Source of the DNA: Mobula hypostoma
Lineage: Eukaryota
Direction of reading: 5' to 3'
DNA length: 64,000 nucleotides
Assembly (NCBI RefSeq): GCF_963921235.1
Contig: NC_086107.1
Span: 114,454,001-114,518,000, forward strand
Part shown: piece by piece, positions 11,920-23,900 of the stretch
How the letters are laid out: the number at the start of each line of letters is the position of its first letter
Numbering within the stretch: position 1 is the stretch's first letter
Notes under the pieces: model-generated
What the model saw: the letters and a program-made list of their open reading frames with translations, nothing else
Databases searched by the model: none
Told to the model about the DNA's origin: nothing
Made by a program: the position numbers and the translations under genes

Positions 11920-14900
11920 ATGGGAGATGGGCGGTGGGGAGGCGGCAGATGTACGGTGGGGAGGTGGGGAGATGGGAGATGGGCGGTGGGGAGGCGGCAG
12001 ATGGGAGGTGGGGAGGTGGGAGATGGGTGGTGGGGAGGTGGGAGATGGGTGGTGGGGAGGTGGGGAGGTGGGAGATGGGCGGTGGGGAGGCGGGGAGATG
12101 GGCGGTGGGGAGGCGGGGAGATGGGCGGTGGGGAGGTGGGGAGATGGACGGTGGGGAGATGGGCGGTGGGGAGGCGGGGGATGGGCAGGTGGGAGATGGG
12201 CGGTGGGGAGGCGGTGGGGAGGGCGGTGGGGAGGTGGGAGATGGGTGGTGGGGAGGTGGGGAGATGGGAGGTGGGGAGGCGGGAGATGGGTGGTGGGGAG
12301 GTGGGAGATGGGTGGTGGGGAGGTGGGGAGGTGGGAGATGGGCGGTGGGGAGGCGGGGAGATGGGCGGTGGGGAGGCGGGGAGATGGGAGGTGGGGAGGT
12401 GGGGAGATGGACGGTGGGGAGGCGGGGAGGTGGGAGATGGACGGTGGGGAGGCGGGGAGATGGGCGGTGGGGAGGTGGGAGATGGGCGGTGGGGAGGCGG
12501 GGAGATGGGCGGTGGGGAGGTGGGGAGATGGGCGGTGGGGAGGCGGGGAGATGGGCGGTGGGGAGGCGGGGAGATGGGCGGTGGGGAGGCAGCAGATGGG
12601 CGGTGGGGAGGTGGGAGATGGGCGGTGGGGAGGTGGGAGATGGGCGGTGGGGAGGCGGGGAGATGGGCGGTGGGGAGGTGGGGAGATGGGCGGTGGGGAG
12701 GTGGGGAGATGGGCGGTGGGGAGGCGGGGAGATGGGCGGTGGGGAGGTGGGGGGCAGCAGATGGGCGGTGGGGAGGCGGGAGGCAGCAGATGGGCAGTGG
12801 GGAGGCGGGAGGCAGCAGATGGGCGGTGGGGAGGTGGGAGATGGGCAGTGGGGAGGCGGGAGGCAGCAGATGGGCGGTGGGGAGGTGGGAGATGGGCAGT
12901 GGGGAGGCGGGAGGCAGCAGATGGGCGGTGGGGAGGCAGCAGATGGGCAGTGGGGAGGCGGGAGGCAGCAGATGGGCGGTGGGGAGGTGGGAGATGGGCG
13001 GTGGGGAGGCAGCAGATGGGCGGTGGGGAGGCGGGAGGCAGCAGATGGGAGGCGGGGAGGTGGGAGATGGACGGTGGGGAGGTGGGGAGATGGACGGTGG
13101 GGAGGCGGGGAGATGGGCGGTGGGGAGGTGGGGAGATGGGCGGTGGGGAGGTGGGGAGATGGGCGGTGGGGAGGCGGGGAGATGGGCGGTGGGGAGGCGG
13201 GGAGATGGGCGGTGGGGAGGTGGGGGGCAGCAGATGGGCGGTGGGGAGGCGGGAGGCAGCAGATGGGCAGTGGGGAGGCGGGAGGCAGCAGATGGGCGGT
13301 GGGGAGGTGGGAGATGGGCAGTGGGGAGGCGGGAGGCAGCAGATGGGCGGTGGGGAGGCAGCAGATGGGCAGTGGGGAGGCGGGAGGCAGCAGATGGGCG
13401 GTGGGGAGGTGGGAGATGGGCGGTGGGGAGGCAGCAGATGGGCGGTGGGGAGGCGGGAGGCAGCAGATGGGAGGCGGGGAGGTGGGAGATGGACGGTGGG
13501 GAGGTGGGGAGATGGACGGTGGGGAGGCGGGGAGGTGGGAGATGGACGGTGGGGAGGCGGGGAGATGGGCGGTGGGGAGGTGGGGAGATGGACGGTGGGG
13601 AGGCGGGGAGGTGGGAGATGGACGGTGGGGAGGCGGGGAGATGGGCGGTGGGGAGGTGGGGAGATGGGCGGTGGGGAGGCGGGGAGATGGGCGGTGGGGA
13701 GGTGGGGAGATGGGCGGTGGGGAGGTGGGGAGATGGGCGGTGGGGAGGTGGGGAGATGGGCGGTGGGGAGGCGGGGAGATGGGCGGTGGGGAGGTGGGGG
13801 GCAGCAGATGGGCGGTGGGGAGGCGGGGAGATGGGCGGTGGGGAGGCGGGGAGATGGGCGGTGGGGAGGCAGCAGATGGGCGGTGGGGAGATGGGGAGGC
13901 AGCAGATGGGCGGTGGGGAGGCGGGGAGATGGGCGGTGGGGAGGCGGGGAGATGGGCGGTGGGGAGGTGGGAGATGGGCGGTGGGGAGGCAGCAGATGGG
14001 CGGTGGGGAGGCGGGGAGGTGGGAGATGGGCGGTGGGGAGGTGGGGAGGTGGGAGATGGGCGGTGGGGAGGTGGGGGGCAGCAGATGGGCGGTGGGGAGG
14101 CGGGGAGGTGGGAGATGGGCGGTGGGGAGGTGGGGGGCAGCAGATGGGCGGTGGGGAGGCAGCAGATGGGCGGTGGGGAGGCAGCAGATGGGCGGTGGGG
14201 AGGTGGGGAGGTGGGAGATGGGCGGTGGGGAGGTGGGGGGCAGCAGATGGGCGGTGGGGAGGCAGCAGATGGGCGGTGGGGAGGTGGGAGATGGGCGGTG
14301 GGGAGGTGGGAGATGGGCGGTGGGAAGGCGGGGAGGTGGGAGATGGGCGGTGGGAAGGCGGGGAGGTGGGAGATGGGCGGTGGGAAGGCAGCAGATGGGC
14401 GGTGGGGAGGCGGGAGGCAGCAGATGGGCGGTGTGGAGGCGGGAGGCAGCAGATGGGCGGTGGGGAGGCGGGAGGCAGCAGATGGGCGGTGGGGAGGTGG
14501 GGGGCAGCAGATGGGCGGTGGGGAGGCAGCAGATGGGCGGTGGGGAGGTGGGAGATGGGCGGTGGGGAGGTGGGAGATGGGCGGTGGGAAGGCGGGGAGG
14601 TGGGAGATGGGCGGTGGGAAGGCGGGGAGGTGGGAGATGGGCGGTGGGAAGGCGGGGAGGTGGGAGATGGGCGGTGGGAAGGCAGCAGATGGGCGGTGGG
14701 GAGGCGGGAGGCAGCAGATGGGCGGTGTGGAGGCGGGAGGCAGCAGATGGGCGGTGGGGAGGCGGGAGGCAGCAGATGGGCGGTGTGGAGGCGGGAGGCA
14801 GCAGATGGGCGGTGGGGAGGCGGGAGGCAGCAGATGGGTGGTGGGGAGGTGGGAGATGGGCGGTGGGGAGGCAGCAGATGGGCGGTGGGGAGGCGGGAGG

Positions 14901-17900
14901 CAGCAGATGGGTGGTGGGGAGGTGGGAGATGGGCGGTGGGGAGGCAGCAGATGGGCGGTGGGGAGGCGGGAGGCAGCAGATGGGCGGTGTGGAGGCGGGG
15001 GGGCAGCAGATGGGCGGTGGGGAGGCGGGGAGGTGAGAGATGGGCGGTGGGGAGGCGGGGAGGTGGGAGATGGACGGTGGGGAGGCAGCAGATGGGCGGT
15101 GGGGAGGTGGGGAGGTGGGAGATGGGCGGTGGGGAGGCGGGAGATGGGCGGTGGGGAGGCGGGAGATGGGCGGTGGGGAGGCGGGAGATGGGCGGTGGGG
15201 AGGCGGGAGATGGGCGGTGGGGAGGCAGCAGATGGGCAGTGGGGAGGCAGCAGATGGGCGGTGGGGAGGCGGGGGGCAGCAGATGGGCGGTGGGGAGGCG
15301 GGGGCAGCATATGGGCGGTGGGGAGGCAGCAGATGGGCGGTGGGGAGGTGGGGAGGTGGGAGATGGGAGGCGGGGGGGCAGCAGATGGGCGGTGGGGAGG
15401 TGGGAGATGGGAGGTGGGGAGGTGGGAGATGGGCGGTGGGGAGGCGGGGAGGCAGCAGATGGGCGGTGGGGAGGTGGGAGATGGGCGGGGGGGAGGCAGC
15501 AGATGGGCAGTGGGGAGGTGGGGAGGTGGGAGATGGGCGGTGGGAAGGCGGGGAGGTGGGAGATGGGCGGTGGGAAGGCAGCAGATGGGCGGTGGGGAGG
15601 CGGGGGACAGCAGATGGGCGGTGGGGAGGCGGGGGACAGCAGATGGGCGGTGGGGAGGCGGGGAGGTGGGAGATGGGCGGTGGGGAGGCGGGGAGGTGGG
15701 AGATGGGCGGTGGGGAGATGGGGAGGTGGGAGATGGGCGGTGGGGAGGCAGCAGATGGGCGGTGGGGAGGTGGGGAGGTGGGAGATGGGCGGTGGGGAGG
15801 CAGCAGATGAGCGGTGGGGAGGCGGGGGGCAGCAGATGGGCGGTGGGGAGGCGGGGAGGTGGGAGATGGGCGGTGGGGAGGCAGCAGATGGGCGGTGGGG
15901 AGGCGGGGAGGTGGGAGATGGGCGGTGGGGAGGTGGGAGATGTGCGGTGGGGAGGCGGGGGGCAGCAGATGGGCGGTGGGGAGGTGGGAGATGTGCGGTG
16001 GGGAGGCGGGGGGCAGCAGATGTATGGTGGGGAGGTGGGGGGCAGCAGATGTATGGTGGGGAGGTGGGGAGATGGGCGGTGGGGAGGCGGGGAGATGGGC
16101 GGTGGGGAGGCGGGGAGGTGGGAGATGGGCGGTGGGGAGGCGGGTAGGTGGGAGGTGGGGAGGCGGGGGGCAGCAGATGGGCGGAGGGGAGGCGGGGAGG
16201 CAGCAGATGGGCGGTGGGGAGGCGGGGAGGTGGGAGATGGGCGGTGGGGAGGCAGCAGATGGGCGGTGGGGAGGCGGGGAGGTGGGAGATGGGCGGTGGG
16301 GAGATGGGGAGGTGGGAGATGGGCGGTGGGGAGGCAGCAGATGGGCGGTGGGGAGGTGGGAGATGGGCGGTGGGGAGGCAGCAGATGAGCGGTGGGGAGG
16401 CGGGGGGCAGCAGATGGGCGGTGGGGAGGCGGGGAGGTGGGAGATGGGCGGTGGGGAGGCAGCAGATGGGCGGTGGGGAGGCGGGGAGGTGGGAGATGGG
16501 CGGTGGGGAGGTGGGAGATGTGCGGTGGGGAGGCGGGGGGCAGCAGATGGGCGGTGGGGAGGTGGGAGATGTGCGGTGGGGAGGCGGGGGGCAGCAGATG
16601 TATGGTGGGGAGGTGGGGGGCAGCAGATGTATGGTGGGGAGGTGGGGAGATGGGCGGTGGGGAGGCGGGGAGGTGGGAGATGGGCGGTGGGGAGGCGGGT
16701 AGGTGGGAGGTGGGGAGGCGGGGGGCAGCAGATGGGCGGAGGGGAGGCGGGGAGGCAGCAGATGGGTGGTGGGGAGGTGGGGAGGTGGGAGATGGGCGGT
16801 GGGGAGGCGGGGAGGTGGGAGATGTGCGGTGGGGAGGTGGGAGATGGGCGGAGGGGAGGCGGGAGATGGGCGGAGGGGAGGCGGGGAGGTGGGAGATGGG
16901 CGGTGGGGAGGTGGGAGATGGGCGGTGGGGAGGTGGGAGATGGGCGGTGGGGAGGTGGGAGATGGGCGGGGAGGCGGGGAGGTGGGAGATGGGAGGCGGG
17001 GGGGCAGCAGATGGGCAGTGGGGAGGTGGGAGATGGGCGGTGGGGAGGCGGGGGGGCAGCAGATGGGTGGTGGGGAGGCGGGGAGGTGGGAGATAGGAGG
17101 CGGGGGGGCAGCAGATGGGTGGTGGGGAGGCGGGGAGGTGGGAGATAGGAGGCGGGGGGGCAGCAGATGGGCGGTGGGGAGGCGGGGAGGTGGGAGATGG
17201 GCGGTGGGGAGGCGGGGGGCAGCAGATGGGCGGTGGGGAGGCGGGGAGGTGGGAGATGGGAGGCGGGGAGCAGCAGATGGGCGGTGGGGAGGTGGGAGAT
17301 GGGCGGTGGGGAGGCGGCAGATGGGTGGTGGGGAGGTGGGAGATGGGCGGTGGGGAGGCGGGGAGGTGGGAGATGGGCGGTGGGGAGGTGGGAGATGGGC
17401 GGTGGGGAGGTGGGAGATGGGCGGAGGGGAGGCGGGGAGGTGGGAGATGGGAGGCGGGGGGGCAGCAGATGGGCAGTGGGGAGGTGGGAGATGGGCGGTG
17501 GGGAGGTGGGGGGGCAGCAGATGGGTGGTGGGGAGGCGGGGAGGTGGGAGATAGGAGGCGGGGGGGCAGCAGATGGGCGGTGGGGAGGCGGCAGATGGGT
17601 GGTGGGGAGGTGGGAGATGGGAGGTGGGGAGGTGGGGAGGTGGGAGATGGGTGGTGGGGAGGTGGGAGATGGGCGGTGGGGAGGTGGGAGATGGGCGGTG
17701 GGGAGGTGGGAGATGGGTGGTGGGGAGGTGGGAGATGGGCGGTGGGGAGGTGGGAGATGGGTGGTGGGGAGGTGGGAGATGGGCGGTGGGGAGGTGGGAG
17801 ATGGGTGGTGGGGAGGTGGGAGATGGGCGGTGGGGAGATGGGTGGTGGGGAGGCGGGGGGCAGCAGATGGGCGGTGGGGAGGCAGCAGATGGGCGGTGGG

Positions 17901-20900
17901 GAGGCAGCAGATGGGCGGTGGGGAGGCGGGGGGCAGCAGATGGGTGGTGGGGAGGCGGGGAGGTGGGAGATGGGCGGTGGGGAGGCGGCAGATGGGTGGT
18001 GGAGAGGCGGGTAGGTGGGGAGGCGGGGGGGCAGCAGATGGGCGGAGGGGAGGCAGAGAGGTGGGAGATGGGAGGCGGGGGGTCAGCAGATGGGCGGTGG
18101 GGAGGTGGGAGATGGGCGGTGGGGAGGCGGCAGATGGGTGGTGGGGAGGTGGGAGATGGGCGGTGGGGAGGCGGGGAGGTGGCAGATGGGCGGTGGGGAG
18201 GTGGGAGATGGGCGGTGGGGAGGTGGGAGACGGGCGGTGGGGAGGCAGGGAGGTGGGAGATGGGCGGTGGGGAAGTGGGAGATGGGCGGTGGGGAAGTGG
18301 GGAGGTGGGAGATGGGCGGTGGGGAGGCGGGAGATGGGCGGTGGGGAGGCGGGGAGGTGGGAGATGGGCGGTGGGGAGGTCGGGAGGTGAGAGATGGGCG
18401 GTGGGGAGGCGGGGAGGTGGGAGATGGGCGGTGGGGAGGCGGGGAGGCAGCAGATGGGTGGTGGGGAGGTGGGGAGGTGGGAGATGGGCGGTGGGGAGGC
18501 GGGGAGGTGGGAGATGTGCGGTGGGGAGGTGGGAGATGGGCGGAGGGGAGGCGGGAGATGGGCGGAGGGGAGGCGGGGAGGTGGGAGATGGGCGGTGGGG
18601 AGGTGGGAGATGGGCGGTGGGGAGGTGGGAGATGGGCGGTGGGGAGGTGGGAGATGGGCGGTGGGGAGGTGGGAGATGGGCGGTGGGGAGGTGGGAGATG
18701 GGTGGTGGGGAGGTGGGAGATGGGCGGTGGAGAGGTGGGAGATGGGCGGTGGGGAGGTGGGAGATGGGCGGTGGGGAGGTGGGAGATGGGCGGTGGGGAG
18801 GTGGGAGATGGGCGGTGGGGAGGTGGGAGATGGGCGGTGGGGAGGTGGGAGATGGGCGGTGGGGAGGCGGGGAGATGGGCGGTGGGGAGGTGGGGAGATG
18901 GGCGGTGGGGAGGTGGGGAGATGGGCGGTGGGGAGGCGGGGAGATGGGCGGTGGGGAGGTGGGGGGCAGCAGATGGGCGGTGGGGAGGCGGGAGGCAGCA
19001 GATGGGCAGTGGGGAGGCGGGAGGCAGCAGATGGGCGGTGGGGAGGTGGGAGATGGGCAGTGGGGAGGCGGGAGGCAGCAGATGGGCGGTGGGGAGGTGG
19101 GAGATGGGCAGTGGGGAGGCGGGAGGCAGCAGATGGGCGGTGGGGAGGCAGCAGATGGGCAGTGGGGAGGCGGGAGGCAGCAGATGGGCGGTGGGGAGGT
19201 GGGAGATGGGCGGTGGGGAGGCAGCAGATGGGCGGTGGGGAGGCGGGAGGCAGCAGATGGGAGGCGGGGAGGTGGGAGATGGACGGTGGGGAGGTGGGGA
19301 GATGGACGGTGGGGAGGCGGGGAGATGGGCGGTGGGGAGGTGGGGAGATGGGCGGTGGGGAGGTGGGGAGATGGGCGGTGGGGAGGCGGGGAGATGGGCG
19401 GTGGGGAGGCGGGGAGATGGGCGGTGGGGAGGTGGGGGGCAGCAGATGGGCGGTGGGGAGGCGGGAGGCAGCAGATGGGCAGTGGGGAGGCGGGAGGCAG
19501 CAGATGGGCGGTGGGGAGGTGGGAGATGGGCAGTGGGGAGGCGGGAGGCAGCAGATGGGCGGTGGGGAGGCAGCAGATGGGCAGTGGGGAGGCGGGAGGC
19601 AGCAGATGGGCGGTGGGGAGGTGGGAGATGGGCGGTGGGGAGGCAGCAGATGGGCGGTGGGGAGGCGGGAGGCAGCAGATGGGAGGCGGGGAGGTGGGAG
19701 ATGGACGGTGGGGAGGTGGGGAGATGGACGGTGGGGAGGCGGGGAGGTGGGAGATGGACGGTGGGGAGGCGGGGAGATGGGCGGTGGGGAGGTGGGGAGA
19801 TGGACGGTGGGGAGGCGGGGAGGTGGGAGATGGACGGTGGGGAGGCGGGGAGATGGGCGGTGGGGAGGTGGGGAGATGGGCGGTGGGGAGGCGGGGAGAT
19901 GGGCGGTGGGGAGGTGGGGAGATGGGCGGTGGGGAGGTGGGGAGATGGGCGGTGGGGAGGCGGGGAGATGGGCGGTGGGGAGGTGGGGGGCAGCAGATGG
20001 GCGGTGGGGAGGCGGGGAGATGGGCGGTGGGGAGGCGGGGAGATGGGCGGTGGGGAGGCAGCAGATGGGCGGTGGGGAGATGGGGAGGCAGCAGATGGGC
20101 GGTGGGGAGGCGGGGAGATGGGCGGTGGGGAGGCGGGGAGATGGGCGGTGGGGAGGTGGGAGATGGGCGGTGGGGAGGCAGCAGATGGGCGGTGGGGAGG
20201 CGGGGAGGTGGGAGATGGGCGGTGGGGAGGTGGGGAGGTGGGAGATGGGCGGTGGGGAGGTGGGGGGCAGCAGATGGGCGGTGGGGAGGCGGGGAGGTGG
20301 GAGATGGGCGGTGGGGAGGTGGGGGGCAGCAGATGGGCGGTGGGGAGGCAGCAGATGGGCGGTGGGGAGGCAGCAGATGGGCGGTGGGGAGGTGGGGAGG
20401 TGGGAGATGGGCGGTGGGGAGGTGGGGGGCAGCAGATGGGCGGTGGGGAGGCAGCAGATGGGCGGTGGGGAGGTGGGAGATGGGCGGTGGGGAGGTGGGA
20501 GATGGGCGGTGGGAAGGCGGGGAGGTGGGAGATGGGCGGTGGGAAGGCGGGGAGGTGGGAGATGGGCGGTGGGAAGGCAGCAGATGGGCGGTGGGGAGGC
20601 GGGAGGCAGCAGATGGGCGGTGTGGAGGCGGGAGGCAGCAGATGGGCGGTGGGGAGGCGGGAGGCAGCAGATGGGCGGTGGGGAGGTGGGGGGCAGCAGA
20701 TGGGCGGTGGGGAGGCAGCAGATGGGCGGTGGGGAGGTGGGAGATGGGCGGTGGGGAGGTGGGAGATGGGCGGTGGGAAGGCGGGGAGGTGGGAGATGGG
20801 CGGTGGGAAGGCGGGGAGGTGGGAGATGGGCGGTGGGAAGGCGGGGAGGTGGGAGATGGGCGGTGGGAAGGCAGCAGATGGGCGGTGGGGAGGCGGGAGG

Positions 20901-23900
20901 CAGCAGATGGGCGGTGTGGAGGCGGGAGGCAGCAGATGGGCGGTGGGGAGGCGGGAGGCAGCAGATGGGCGGTGTGGAGGCGGGAGGCAGCAGATGGGCG
21001 GTGGGGAGGCGGGAGGCAGCAGATGGGTGGTGGGGAGGTGGGAGATGGGCGGTGGGGAGGCAGCAGATGGGCGGTGGGGAGGCGGGAGGCAGCAGATGGG
21101 TGGTGGGGAGGTGGGAGATGGGCGGTGGGGAGGCAGCAGATGGGCGGTGGGGAGGCGGGAGGCAGCAGATGGGCGGTGTGGAGGCGGGGAGGTGGGAGAT
21201 GGGAGGCGGGGAGGCAGCAGATGGGCGGTGTGGAGGCGGGGGGGCAGCAGATGGGCGGTGGGGAGGCGGGGAGGTGAGAGATGGGCGGTGGGGAGGCGGG
21301 GAGGTGGGAGATGGACGGTGGGGAGGCAGCAGATGGGCGGTGGGGAGGTGGGGAGGTGGGAGATGGGCGGTGGGGAGGCGGGAGATGGGCGGTGGGGAGG
21401 CGGGAGATGGGCGGTGGGGAGGCGGGAGATGGGCGGTGGGGAGGCGGGAGATGGGCGGTGGGGAGGCAGCAGATGGGCAGTGGGGAGGCAGCAGATGGGC
21501 GGTGGGGAGGCGGGGGGCAGCAGATGGGCGGTGGGGAGGCGGGGGCAGCATATGGGCGGTGGGGAGGCAGCAGATGGGCGGTGGGGAGGTGGGGAGGTGG
21601 GAGATGGGAGGCGGGGGGGCAGCAGATGGGCGGTGGGGAGGTGGGAGATGGGAGGTGGGGAGGTGGGAGATGGGCGGTGGGGAGGCGGGGAGGCAGCAGA
21701 TGGGCGGTGGGGAGGTGGGAGATGGGCGGGGGGGAGGCAGCAGATGGGCAGTGGGGAGGTGGGGAGGTGGGAGATGGGCGGTGGGAAGGCGGGGAGGTGG
21801 GAGATGGGCGGTGGGAAGGCAGCAGATGGGCGGTGGGGAGGCGGGGGACAGCAGATGGGCGGTGGGGAGGCGGGGGACAGCAGATGGGCGGTGGGGAGGC
21901 GGGGAGGTGGGAGATGGGCGGTGGGGAGGCGGGGAGGTGGGAGATGGGCGGTGGGGAGATGGGGAGGTGGGAGATGGGCGGTGGGGAGGCAGCAGATGGG
22001 CGGTGGGGAGGTGGGGAGGTGGGAGATGGGCGGTGGGGAGGCAGCAGATGAGCGGTGGGGAGGCGGGGGGCAGCAGATGGGCGGTGGGGAGGCGGGGAGG
22101 TGGGAGATGGGCGGTGGGGAGGCAGCAGATGGGCGGTGGGGAGGCGGGGAGGTGGGAGATGGGCGGTGGGGAGGTGGGAGATGTGCGGTGGGGAGGCGGG
22201 GGGCAGCAGATGGGCGGTGGGGAGGTGGGAGATGTGCGGTGGGGAGGCGGGGGGCAGCAGATGTATGGTGGGGAGGTGGGGGGCAGCAGATGTATGGTGG
22301 GGAGGTGGGGAGATGGGCGGTGGGGAGGCGGGGAGATGGGCGGTGGGGAGGCGGGGAGGTGGGAGATGGGCGGTGGGGAGGCGGGTAGGTGGGAGGTGGG
22401 GAGGCGGGGGGCAGCAGATGGGCGGAGGGGAGGCGGGGAGGCAGCAGATGGGCGGTGGGGAGGCGGGGAGGTGGGAGATGGGCGGTGGGGAGGCAGCAGA
22501 TGGGCGGTGGGGAGGCGGGGAGGTGGGAGATGGGCGGTGGGGAGATGGGGAGGTGGGAGATGGGCGGTGGGGAGGCAGCAGATGGGCGGTGGGGAGGTGG
22601 GAGATGGGCGGTGGGGAGGCAGCAGATGAGCGGTGGGGAGGCGGGGGGCAGCAGATGGGCGGTGGGGAGGTGGGAGATGGGCGGTGGGGAGGCAGCAGAT
22701 GGGCGGTGGGGAGGCGGGGAGGTGGGAGATGGGCGGTGGGGAGGTGGGAGATGTGCGGTGGGGAGGCGGGGGGCAGCAGATGGGCGGTGGGGAGGTGGGA
22801 GATGTGCGGTGGGGAGGCGGGGGGCAGCAGATGTATGGTGGGGAGGTGGGGGGCAGCAGATGTATGGTGGGGAGGTGGGGAGATGGGCGGTGGGGAGGCG
22901 GGGAGGTGGGAGATGGGCGGTGGGGAGGCGGGTAGGTGGGAGGTGGGGAGGCGGGGGGCAGCAGATGGGCGGAGGGGAGGCGGGGAGGCAGCAGATGGGT
23001 GGTGGGGAGGTGGGGAGGTGGGAGATGGGCGGTGGGGAGGCGGGGAGGTGGGAGATGTGCGGTGGGGAGGTGGGAGATGGGCGGAGGGGAGGCGGGAGAT
23101 GGGCGGAGGGGAGGCGGGGAGGTGGGAGATGGGCGGTGGGGAGGTGGGAGATGGGCGGTGGGGAGGTGGGAGATGGGCGGAGGGGAGGCGGGGAGGTGGG
23201 AGATGGGAGGCGGGGGGGCAGCAGATGGGCAGTGGGGAGGTGGGAGATGGGCGGTGGGGAGGCGGGGGGGCAGCAGATGGGTGGTGGGGAGGCGGGGAGG
23301 TGGGAGATAGGAGGCGGGGGGGCAGCAGATGGGTGGTGGGGAGGCGGGGAGGTGGGAGATAGGAGGCGGGGGGGCAGCAGATGGGCGGTGGGGAGGCGGG
23401 GAGGTGGGAGATGGGCGGTGGGGAGGCGGGGGGCAGCAGATGGGCGGTGGGGAGGCGGGGAGGTGGGAGATGGGAGGCGGGGAGCAGCAGATGGGCGGTG
23501 GGGAGGTGGGAGATGGGCGGTGGGGAGGCGGCAGATGGGTGGTGGGGAGGTGGGAGATGGGCGGTGGGGAGGCGGGGAGGTGGGAGATGGGCGGTGGGGA
23601 GGTGGGAGATGGGCGGTGGGGAGGTGGGAGATGGGCGGAGGGGAGGCGGGGAGGTGGGAGATGGGAGGCGGGGGGGCAGCAGATGGGCAGTGGGGAGGTG
23701 GGAGATGGGCGGTGGGGAGGTGGGGGGGCAGCAGATGGGTGGTGGGGAGGCGGGGAGGTGGGAGATAGGAGGCGGGGGGGCAGCAGATGGGCGGTGGGGA
23801 GGCGGCAGATGGGTGGTGGGGAGGTGGGAGATGGGAGGTGGGGAGGTGGGAGATGGGCGGTGGGGAGGTGGGAGATGGGCGGTGGGGAGGTGGGAGATGG